Part shown: one piece after another, positions 1-11,433 of the stretch
Layout of the letters: the number at the start of each line of letters is the position of its first letter
Position numbering within the stretch: position 1 is the stretch's first letter
Assembly (NCBI GenBank): GCA_951406725.2
Contig: OX597816.1
Coordinates: forward strand, 65,596,001-65,660,000
Direction of reading: 5' to 3'
DNA: 64,000 nucleotides
Origin: Octopus vulgaris
Lineage: Eukaryota
Program-made: the position numbers and the translations under genes
Notes under the pieces: generated by a model
What the model was told of the DNA's origin: nothing
The model's database searches: none
Seen by the model: the letters and a program-made list of their open reading frames with translations, nothing else

Positions 1-1265
1 TCAGCGGAAAAATAAAAGGGTTCTTCTTAGAAGAAAATCCGTTGGTAAAGGTAAAGCTCCAAATACTGAGATTCTCAATTGTATTGTGTAGACCTCATCT
101 ACTCCCTCCTATATAGATTCCAGCTGCACTGGTCTGAGGTCACATTGCCAAAAGAACGGATAAATAACCTATGGGAGGGGTTGTTGTTTTTTTACAATGA
201 GTTAGTAAGGATAGAAACCAGGGCCGAATTTAGGTAAGAAGAGGCCCTGGTTTATTTCACTTATGAGGTCGCTTCGAATCTCCCACTTTTACGACTAGAA
301 TTATACATATAAGTTTCTTTATTGGTCACACAGGGCTGCACACAGATGGGACAAGTTACAAGGTAGAGCTTTTCTTTTGGGGGATGAAAAAAACAAAAAA
401 CAAAAGAAACAAAAAAAAAAGTTGGCGTAGGTTTTCGATCAAAAGGGATTGTAAAAGGGAAAAAGAAGAACAAAAAAAATAAAATAAATAAAAAAAGAAG
501 AAAAGGAAAAGGAACAAAAGAAAAGAGAAATGAAAAAAGAAGAAAAAAGGGGGAAAAAAGGGGAAGCGGTAAAAAAACGATCAATAGGGATCGTATAACT
601 TGTGGGTATATATCTTGGGGGTATATCAGCCGAAACGCTGTGTTAAGAATAAACAAGATGAGGATAAATATCCGTCAAATGTAAATAATGTAAATAATTC
701 CTCATTTCTTAAATACAGAACTGTAATACATATAATAATTCTCTAAAAGGGATATAGACAGTAACTGCTCGATAACATAAGGGACTAAAGCCATCTGAAT
801 ATGGCTAGGGACAGGGCAGGGTGGTGGGGGTGTTACTGTTGCATTTAGCCCCAGGCGAACATCGACGTCACCAGAAAGGCTCGAGATAGCCATATTCAGA
901 TGGCTTTAGTCCCTTATGTAATACATATGTAATTATGAAATCTTTGGATAGCTCCTCTCTGAATACCTCATTTGTGGATATTTCATCTCTAATTATCTCG
1001 TCTATGGATATCCCATATGTGGATAATTCGTATGGGGGTATCTCTCTTGCTAATATCTCTTTGCTGTACGATATCTACAGTAAAGAGAGATGTTCATTTA
1101 TTAATGTTATATAGACATCTATGAGATATCTCCCACGCATTTGTTTTTGTAGCGGAAATGAATCGTAATGATGATACGAGTACGAATATAGATAGCGTGA
1201 AACTTGGAGTTACTAATTTTAAAAAATGTGTATGCGTGCGCACTCGAGTGCGTGCAAACGAATGC

Positions 1266-1298
<33 letters not shown>

Positions 1299-1394
1299 TG
1301 TATGTATGGATGGATGGATGGATGGATGGATGGATGGATGGATGGATGGATGTGTGTGTGTGTGAGAGAGTGTGTATATGAGTGTGTGGCTAGC

Positions 1395-1457
<63 letters not shown>
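1..1457. repeat. Left arm of a long inverted duplication (partner ~6690-7938); probably extends left of the window
   Basis: Window start tcagcggaaaaataaaaggg is the reverse complement of 7919-7938; mirrored ORFs 261-656(-)/7282-7676(+) and 1158-1397(+)/6757-6966(-) are nearly identical. Confidence 0.95.
734..916. mobile_element. Short insertion with 12-bp TSD and a 33-bp perfect internal inverted repeat
   Basis: Absent from the right arm of the duplication; direct repeat tgtaatacatat at 722-733 and 917-928; IR 775-807/887-919. Confidence 0.85.
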
Positions 1458-1458
<1 letters not shown>

Positions 1459-1733
1459 GTTTGAGGCTAAACTCTTTTTCTGCCGGTAATTGTCAACAGC
1501 ACGACACCAAATTAGAAAATTACTATTTGTAAATCTCACAACGAGAGATATTCAGCAACAGTACTTAGGAATAAAAATCATTTGCCAACATAACATGGCA
1601 GTCCTAGTTTAGGACGAATGTTGCTGTAATTTAGCCCCAGGAGACATCGTGTCCAGCTGGCTATACGACACGATCTGTGTCCTTATATTTTCGAACAAGG
1701 GAATCTAGCACCCCGACTCAGCTCAAAACAATA

Positions 1734-1778
1734 TCTGTGTATTGCAATTTCCAGGCTAATTCCCTTCATCAGCACAGA
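1734..1778 (-). ncRNA. Minimal type I hammerhead ribozyme-like motif
   Basis: Minus strand tctgtg-CTGATGA-agggaattagcctg-GAAA-ttgcaa-TA-cacaga: 6-bp stem I, palindromic stem III, stem II base non-canonical. Confidence 0.65.
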
Positions 1779-2080
1779 ATAATTGTTCAGCTGCCAAATT
1801 CCCATTCAAAATATAGAGTTTTCAGAGTGACAACTAGTCACTGATCTATATATTAGAAAATTACTATTTGTAAATCTCACAACGAGAGATATTCAGCAAC
1901 AGTACTTAGGAATAAAAATCATTTGCCAACATAACATGGCAGTCCTAGTTTAGGATGAATGTTGCTGTAATTTAGCCCCAGAAGACATCGTCTCCAGCTG
2001 GCTATACGACACGATCTGTGTCCTTATATTTTCGAACAAGGGAATCTAGCACCACCCCCGCCACTCAGCTCAAAACAATA

Positions 2081-2125
2081 TCTGTGTATTGCGATTTCCG
2101 GGTAATTTCCCTTCATTAGCACAGA
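2081..2125 (-). ncRNA. Second, core-mutated hammerhead copy (CTAATGA)
   Basis: tctgtg-CTAATGA-agggaaattacccg-GAAA-tcgcaa-TA-cacaga; G5>A change predicts loss of activity. Confidence 0.5.
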
Positions 2126-2377
2126 ATAGTTGCTCGGCTAGAGGTGGCGCTGCCAAATTCGCGATACACAGATATTGTTTTGAGCTGAGCGGGGGGTGGG
2201 GGGTGCTAGATTCCCTTGTTCGAAAATATAAGGACACAGACGATGTCTCCTGGAGCTAAATTACAGCAACATTCATCCTAAACCAGGACTGCCATCACGA
2301 CATCAAATTTTGTCTATTTTCAAGAGACACCGCTACTAATAACTTTTGAAGTGTTCTTTGAACAGTCAGATGTCAGT

Positions 2378-3124
2378 TTACTCTTTTTAGTCCTTTACTC
2401 TTTAACTTGTTTCAGTCATTTGACTGTGGCCATGCTGGAGCACCGCATTTACTCGAGCAAATCGACCCCAGGACTTATTTTTTGTCAGCCTAGTACTTAT
2501 TCTATCGGTCTCTTTTGCCGAATCGCTAAGTTACGGGGACGTAAACACACCAGCATCGGTTGTGAAATGACGTTGGGAGGACAAACATATACTCACACAT
2601 ACATATATATACATATATACGACGGGCTTCTTTCAGTTTCCGTCTACCAAATCCACTCACAAGGCTTTGATCGGCCCGTGGCTATAGTAAAAGACACTTA
2701 CCCAAGGTGCCACGCAGTAGGAATGAACCTGGAACCATGTGGTTGGTAAACAAGCTACTTACCACACAGCCACTCCTACGCCTATATATATATACACGAC
2801 GGGCTTCTTTCAGTTTCCGTCTACTAAATCCACTCACAAGGCTTTGATCGGCCCGAGTCTATAGTAAAAGACACTTGCCCAAGGTGCCACGCAGTAAGAA
2901 TGAACCTGGAACCATGTGGTTGGTAAACAAGCTACTTACCACACAGCCACTCCTACGCCTATATATATATACACGACGGGCTTCTTTCAGTTTCCGTCTA
3001 CTAAATCCACTCACAAGGCTTTGATCGGCCCGAGGCTATAGTAAAAGACACTTGCCCAAGGTGCCACGCAGTAGGAATGAACCTGGAACCATGAGGTTGG
3101 TAAGCAAGCTACTTACCACACAGT
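2378..3124 (-). mobile_element. tRNA-headed SINE family A: one full copy plus two tandem head duplications (~177-bp period)
   Basis: Head ggcgtaggagtggctgtgtggtaag...ggttcattc, accttgggcaagtgtc core, (gagtaaa)-like tail; many dispersed copies in the window. Confidence 0.85.
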
Positions 3125-3460
3125 CAAAGAAACAATGTAGTCATCAATAAAAAGAGCTGAAATTAATGCATGCAAAGTTTCCCAACACTAGCATCACTCC
3201 TTCATTTCCAGTCGACCCACCCTCGTAAGCCATATCTTTCTGGAAATGATCGTCTGTCCCCTTTTTCATTGACTGTCCCCTGATCGCACAATCCCTTCAT
3301 ACTGATTGATTTCGTCTTAATGGCTTGTTAATTATTTTTTCAGTTACCCGCTTCTAATGTCGAAGTTTCACTCCGACAGCTTCTCATTGACTCCTCTTTC
3401 AGGCGGCTCAATTTAAGTTCAAGAGATCTCTTTTCGATACTTTCAAGAATTTTCCTTCTA

Positions 3461-4015
3461 CAGGGTCAGGCAAAATGATCTGACACATTTGTAGGTTAAA
3501 TAAAAGGCATTGGTTTTCGTTTCTTTTTCAGTTGCTGTCATGAATTGGACTGGTGAGCATCGCGCTTTCATTGTGGAAACGTTTATCAAAACAAACGATT
3601 CTGTAACTGCAACACAAAGAGCGTTCCGTTTGCGCTTCAATCTTGGTAGACATGATCCCGTACCAGCTCGAAACACGATCTTGTTATGGGTTACCAACTT
3701 CAGAGCTACTGGATCTGCATTGAAACGAAAATCAACCGGCCGACCTCACACCGCCAGAACTTAAAGATGCAATTCGTCAAGAAATTACTGCCATTCCACA
3801 TAAAATGACCCGCCGAGTTATTGACAACTTTCGTGAACGCCTTCGACAGTGTGTGGACAATAATGGATTCCATTTGACTGATTTAATTTTTAAAACATAA
3901 TGAAACAAAATGGCATTATATGTACTTTTCAAAAATAAAAACACTTTTTTGTTTCTTTACTTCATTTGCCTTTTATTTAGCCTACAAATGTGTCAGATCA
4001 TTTTGCCTGACCCTG
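3461..4015 (+). mobile_element. Internally deleted Tc1/mariner transposon
   Basis: 35-bp perfect TIR cagggtcaggcaaaatgatctgacacatttgtagg, TA on both sides; HTH N-terminus (MNWTGEHRAFIVETF...TGRP) joined to transposase C-terminus (LKDAIRQEI...RLRQCVDNNGFHL); catalytic core deleted. Confidence 0.93.
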
Positions 4016-4030
4016 TATTTCTTTTTACTT

Positions 4031-4033
<3 letters not shown>

Positions 4034-4062
<29 letters not shown>

Positions 4063-4141
4063 TGTATGTATGTATGTATGTATGTATGTGTGTATGTGTG
4101 TATGTATGTATGTATGTATGTATGTATGTATGTATGTATGT

Positions 4142-4181
<40 letters not shown>

Positions 4182-4422
4182 ATGTATGTATGTATGTATG
4201 TATGTATGTATATGAGTTCTAGGTAAAATCTACCACGGAAAATTCTACCAGGTAAATTTCACCATAGGTAAATTCCATCACGGTATATTCCACCATGGTA
4301 AATTCCATCCATGGACAGACTTCCAATCTAAGCTATTCCCGCTAATAATCACTATAGTCAGTTTCTCTAGACCGTGGGTCAATGCCTATGTTATTTAATC
4401 TGTCTGTCTCTCAAGTCTTAAG

Positions 4423-4502
<80 letters not shown>

Positions 4503-4527
4503 CAGATAGAAAGCTAGAATGATACAA

Positions 4528-4585
<58 letters not shown>

Positions 4586-4609
4586 TGATAGAAAGCTAGA
4601 ATGATACAA

Positions 4610-4696
<87 letters not shown>

Positions 4697-4832
4697 CACC
4701 CACACCGCTGCTGAAGCTACCACCGCCATCACCACCCATAACATCAACGACCCGACATTAACATTGTCGCCGCCGCTGCCGCTGCCAGCACCACTACTAC
4801 TACTGCTACTACTACTACTACTACTGCTGCTG

Positions 4833-4878
<46 letters not shown>

Positions 4879-4939
4879 CACCACCAATACTACTACTACT
4901 ACTACCGCCACCACAACAGCCACCACCACCACCACCACC

Positions 4940-4970
<31 letters not shown>
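4034..4970. repeat. Microsatellite block: (TATG)n, ggtaaattccacc-type minisatellite, (GATA)n, (CTA/CCA)n
   Basis: Direct inspection. Confidence 0.95.
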
Positions 4971-4971
<1 letters not shown>

Positions 4972-5134
4972 CGTTGCTCGCGATACCAGAGGGCGCACAC
5001 TCTCCTACCCTGATGTAATCTCCAGGGATACAGGCATCCAGCAACAGGACCTCCGTAATGCCATGATGGACCGTGAAGTCTGGCGTAACATAGTAAATTC
5101 CATTGTCTCGACCACGGTCGAACAATGATGATGA
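4972..5134 (+). mobile_element. 3' end of an RTE-group LINE
   Basis: Translates [34 protein letters not shown] (DRxxW terminal motif), followed by a (tga)n tail. Confidence 0.65.
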
Positions 5135-5257
5135 CTAACTACTACTACTAACAACAGCAGCAGCAGGAACACTAATCAACAACCACAGGATCACTAATCG
5201 TTGCATAGAAACTAGATTTCATTGCCTGTTGATGCAAGCTGTCATTTCTGAGAGTGG

Positions 5258-5625
5258 AGGTGCAATGGCCCAGTGGTTAAGGCAGCGGACTCGCGGTTTC
5301 GTTCCCAGACCGGGCGTTGTGAGTGTTTATTGAGCGAAAACACCTAAAGCTCCACGAGGCACCGGCAGGGGATGGTGGTGATCCCTGCTGTACTCTTTCA
5401 CCACAACTTTCTCTCACTCTTACTTCCTGTTTCTGTTGTACCTGTATTTCAAAGGGCCGGCCTTGTCACTCTCTGTGTCACGCTGAATATCCCCGAGAAC
5501 TACGTTAAGGGTACACGTGTATGTGGAGTACTCAGCCACTTACACGTTAATTTCACGAGCAGGCTGTTCCGTTGATTCGGATCAACCGGAACCCTCGTCG
5601 TCGTAACCGACGGAGTGCTTCCATC
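5258..5625 (+). mobile_element. tRNA-headed SINE family B
   Basis: ggtgcaatggcccagtggttaaggcagcggactc head; body shared with 37997-38312 and 59029-59310. Confidence 0.8.
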
Positions 5626-5628
5626 CCA

Positions 5629-5892
5629 TACGAGGTAAAGGTAACAGCAATAGGATTAAATAGACAACCAAACGTGCGAAAGTACATTGGAGCAACTGAA
5701 GGCCCCTTCAGACCCTGCTATAACAACCACAAGTCCTTCAGCATCTAGGAGAGATGTAATTCCACAACCCTGGCCAAGCACGTATGGTCGTTGAAAGACA
5801 GCGTCACCAAGAATAACATAAAGTGGAGGATTCTAGAGAAATGTAAAGCGTACTTCAATAGCAGCAGAAAGTGCAGATTATGTCTGGCTGAG
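5629..5892 (+). pseudogene. Penelope-like element GIY-YIG endonuclease fragment (Naiad-like)
   Basis: Manual translation YEVKVT...KYIGATEGPFRPCYNNHKSF..*..STTLAKHVWSLKD....IKWRILEKCKAY....KCRLCLAE; one TAG stop. Confidence 0.8.
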
Positions 5893-5930
5893 AATGGATC
5901 GATATTAAAGAGATCCCGGCCGCTGTGCTT

Positions 5931-6030
5931 CTGACGTCCATACTTTATGATATGTGCCGCTGACACCCATACTTTATGATATGTGCCTCTGACGTGCATA
6001 CTTTATGAAATGTGCCGCTGACGTCCATAT
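5931..6030. repeat. 29-bp minisatellite (ctgacgtccatactttatgatatgtgccg), ~3.4 units
   Basis: Direct inspection. Confidence 0.85.
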
Positions 6031-6189
6031 TTTAGCTGTTATTGCTATTATTATTGTAATTGTTGTTATTGAATTTACGTCGCCCAGGAGTTATTTCTTT
6101 TCCCTTCTCTCTTCTCTTTATGTGTGCGGTTGTTGCGAATATTTGTGTGTGGCTTATATTTACGGTGGTGATCCTCCCTGCATCGACCT

Positions 6190-6251
<62 letters not shown>

Positions 6252-6284
6252 GATCGATCTATCTATCCATCCATCCATCCATCC

Positions 6285-6340
<56 letters not shown>

Positions 6341-6600
6341 GTCTGTCTGTCTGTCTGTCTGTCTGCCTATCTATCTATCTGTCTACCTGTCTGTCTGTCT
6401 CTCTGCCTGTCTGTCTATCTATCTGTCCAGCCGTCTGTCTATCTGTCTGTCTGTCTTTTTTTTTTTGTCTTACGCTCCCTTTTGATCAGAATTTTATTTT
6501 TCTCTTTTTTTCCCCGAAAAGAAAAGCTCTACATTGTATTTTGTCCCCTCTGTGTTCCGCCCTGTGTGGCTAATAAAGAAAGATATCTATCTATCTAGCT

Positions 6601-7938
<1,338 letters not shown>

Positions 7939-8624
7939 TGGTAGGTGGGATTTGAACTCAGAATATAGGGATCCGAAATAGATACTGCTAGATACTACTA
8001 GATTCCACGAATCTTCTCTGTATTGTTATTTTGAGAATATGAAGATGAAGTTAACTTAGGCGTGATTTGAACTCACAAAGCAAAGAGGCGAAATAAATAA
8101 CCCAAGTTAACGACTGTGTCAGTTGAACACACCCACACTCGGTCGCGCGCGCAGGGAGGTATATTACAGGAGACTTGGGATAAAATAATCTAGGCGCTTG
8201 CCTAGGGAAGAAGTGCTTCTACGGACAATGACTAAATGGGGAAAAGACCCCCAATAAGCTGGTAACCTACAAATTATTGTTGAGTATAAAATAATAAACA
8301 CTGAAGAGTGGAGCTTGCGTTATTATTTTTGTTTCATAGTTTACAATTATTTCTACAAATTCATTTTGACTTATCTTCAATCATGTTTATAAACGTGACC
8401 GCTGTGCCGTCCACTATAAGCATTGATTAATGTCCTATATTTAAGCGGTAGACAAACACTTCAGCATATTATTTTTTGTAGAGAGTTGCGAGGGATCATT
8501 TCTATGAACGGGGTATCTGTACAACGGATATGACTACATCATTAATTGTGGAGTCGTTTAAAAACACGATGCAAGATTAAGTCAACATGGAATTTTTAAA
8601 ACAATCATAAGTTGTTCTATATTT

Positions 8625-8775
8625 TAGAGATGAGGAATTCTGTACAATATTTACATTTTTTACATTGGATGGATATTTGTCCTCATCTTGTTTGTTGCTA
8701 CCACAAAATTTCGGCTGATTTACTCTCCAGCCTTCATCAGGTGTCCTGGTAGAATTTTGAATCCAACCCTAGGTT
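8625..8775 (-). mobile_element. Dispersed pLTR-like repeat with a degenerate hammerhead motif (8700-8745)
   Basis: acac-CTGATGA-aggctg..cagcc-GAAA-ttttgtgg; same family as 620-720 and 7210-7320, where the 3' half reads cagcc-GAAA-cgtt-gtgt or a variant. Confidence 0.55.
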
Positions 8776-9214
8776 CTAAGGTGCCACGCAGTGTGAATGA
8801 ACCCGAAACTATGTGGCTGGTATGGCTTGTCAGGGAGTCACCATTGCTTTCGCGCCTTTTACGTTCTTAGCAGTGGGAGACGTCTATATTGCTAAGAGTA
8901 TAAAAAGTGTGAAACCAATGGTAACGTCCTGACTGGTCGTAAATCACAACTACATTAGATATTACTACGATATATCTAAAAAAAACATTTACTTGTCTCA
9001 GTCATTCGACATATTCTATCGGTTAATTTCGTCGAACTTCTAAGTTGCGGGATGGAAAGGAAGTCAACAAGCGGTTGTCTGGGACAAGCACGAAGCTAGC
9101 CCACTCCGTCCCACAAACACGTATATACGACGGGCTTTTTTCAGTTTCCATCTTCCAAATCTATTTGACCTAGTGACCAGGCAGCAAACTTCTTGTCACA
9201 CAGTCACTCCTACG

Positions 9215-9289
<75 letters not shown>

Positions 9290-9299
9290 GTCCCCGTAG

Positions 9300-9338
<39 letters not shown>

Positions 9339-9481
9339 TTTTTTGGAAAAAGAAACCGATAGAATAAGTGCTAGGGTTTCAAAGAGTAAGTCCTGGGGTC
9401 GATTTCTATAACTAAAAAACCTTCAAACTCTGCTTGTTGTTCTTTCACCTGTCTTCGTCGTTTGTTTTCTGTAAATTTGAA

Positions 9482-9549
<68 letters not shown>

Positions 9550-9986
9550 ACACAAACGCGCACACATACACACACACACATATATATAGGTAAAAGATTA
9601 ATGAGTGCGTGCGTTACATAAATAATATCTTCAGGATTAAATAAAAAGACAACAAACGGAAAATAAGACATATCTATATATATATAATTAAAAATAAACG
9701 TATAGTAAATAAACAAACGATCACATACTAAATGCACAGGCGAACAGAAAACAGAAAACACACAAGATCTCAAATTCTTCATCAGTTATCAGCAAGAGGA
9801 GTCAAACGCAATTTCGGGCATTATCGATAATATTGTTTCTTTCGCTGTTCGCAAAAAAGTTCGTATTCCATATTTTCGTATTTCGTATTTCATGTTGTTT
9901 ACCTTCTGTGACATCCTGTACCCATATATGCATATGTATATACATATATATGTAAGTATATACATACACACATACATACATACATG

Positions 9987-10063
<77 letters not shown>

Positions 10064-10569
10064 CATTATCTATAAACATTACAATTGTTTCGACACATTT
10101 TTACACTTGTTCATTGGTGAGATGTTGTGTAATCATTATCACCAATTCAAGGTGTGAAATGCACCTTCTTTGAGTAAGACTTTATACGAGCTTTATATAG
10201 CATACCACAAGGGTTTTATCCGCATGTGTGTATATGTATAAAAGCGGAGCAAGAGTACACACGAAGACGGAAAGTGTCGCTGAAGAGTTCACAGAGGTGT
10301 GACGAAAGATTTCCGGACGATAAACATAAATTAGAATAAGAACAGTAATAAATGAGTGAAAAGGGAATTATATAGTGCGCCTGTTTATTTGGCAAAAAGA
10401 GGGAAAAAATAACTATCTCGAAATACAACAATAGCTGTTTCAACGCACGATTTCACATCAAGAATCTTGCAGCACATATATATAAAAGGATATATTTACA
10501 GAAAACAACAAAAGACGAAGACAGGTGCAGGAATAACAAGCAGGTGCATTAGTTTGACTGAATATATAT

Positions 10570-10982
10570 AGAGAATACCAAACGAGTTCCCTATGGATAC
10601 CGTATTTATTACGAGTGGCTTGTAAACGTATCTAACGAGCGAAAGCGAGTTAGATACGTTTACAAGCCACGAGTTGTAATAAATACGGTATCCATAGGGA
10701 ATGAGTTTGGTATTTTATTTATTACACACGAATAAACGACCATATTTTATTAACCCCAAAACTAAATTCTTCACGTTTAGTTGTAACTTATGAATGACAA
10801 AAGTAGTGCCGTCAACGTGACGTCGGGTCATCACCATGGATTGACCAATCAGAAGTAGCGCTGTCACCGTGACCTCAGGTCATCACCATGGATTGACCAA
10901 TCAGAAGCAGCGCTCGCAGTATCTGACATATGTTAGATACCAGAAATATCTCAAAGTGTTCTCACTCACATGTGTGTAATAA

Positions 10983-10986
<4 letters not shown>
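10570..10986. mobile_element. Non-autonomous element with a ~140-nt hairpin capped by cgagcgaaagcgag (possibly Crypton-like)
   Basis: Near-perfect palindrome 10575-10714, 41-bp internal tandem repeat with ccaat, inserted in (TA)n; the family label is from recollection only. Confidence 0.55.
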
Positions 10987-11034
<48 letters not shown>

Positions 11035-11039
<5 letters not shown>

Positions 11040-11170
11040 AAGTATAGAAGTCATCTTATCATGGCTAACCACATTGGGAATCCCCAATGTGGTTAGCTAT
11101 GATAAGATGGCTTCTATACTTTACATTATCGAGCGATTACTGTTTCAATCTCATTCTGAGATTTAATTAT
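11035..11170. repeat. 92-bp near-perfect palindrome plus tail, related to the 734-916 insertion
   Basis: atgtaaagtatagaag...gggaatccc...cttctatactttacat; tail ttatcgagcgattactgt resembles the reverse complement of 757-775. Confidence 0.75.
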
Positions 11171-11171
11171 G

Positions 11172-11221
<50 letters not shown>

Positions 11222-11226
<5 letters not shown>

Positions 11227-11405
11227 GAAAAAAAAACACCTTTTATCAATTCATGATATATACGATTTATTTATTATTTTGCACATTACTTAATCATCGG
11301 TATATTATTGTTATTTTATATTTAATATTTCTATTATATGTAATTTTCTAGATGGTGTAATTTAATTGTTCATTTTGAATTGATAAAAGGTGTTTTTTTC
11401 TAATT
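11222..11405. mobile_element. MITE-like element in (TA)n
   Basis: ~31-bp terminal IR aattagaaaaaaaaacaccttttatcaattca / tgaattgataaaaggtgtttttttctaatt. Confidence 0.7.
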
Positions 11406-11433
11406 TTATATATATATATATATATATATTATA

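Larger units (their letters stand above)
1511..2295 (-). mobile_element. Two tandem ~340-347-bp units plus an inverted partial unit, carrying hammerhead-like motifs (Penelope pLTR / retrozyme-like)
   Basis: attagaaaattactatttgtaaatctcac at ~1511 and ~1852; inverted partial copy 2161-2295; hammerhead motif in each unit. Confidence 0.7.

Noticed and set aside
261-656. Hydrophobic F/L-rich ORF and its mirror at 7282-7676
   Set aside because: Produced by purine/pyrimidine-skewed low-complexity repeat sequence; frames differ between the two copies
9770-9830. CTGATGA and gcccGAAAttgcg on the minus strand
   Set aside because: The elements are in an order that does not close into a hammerhead
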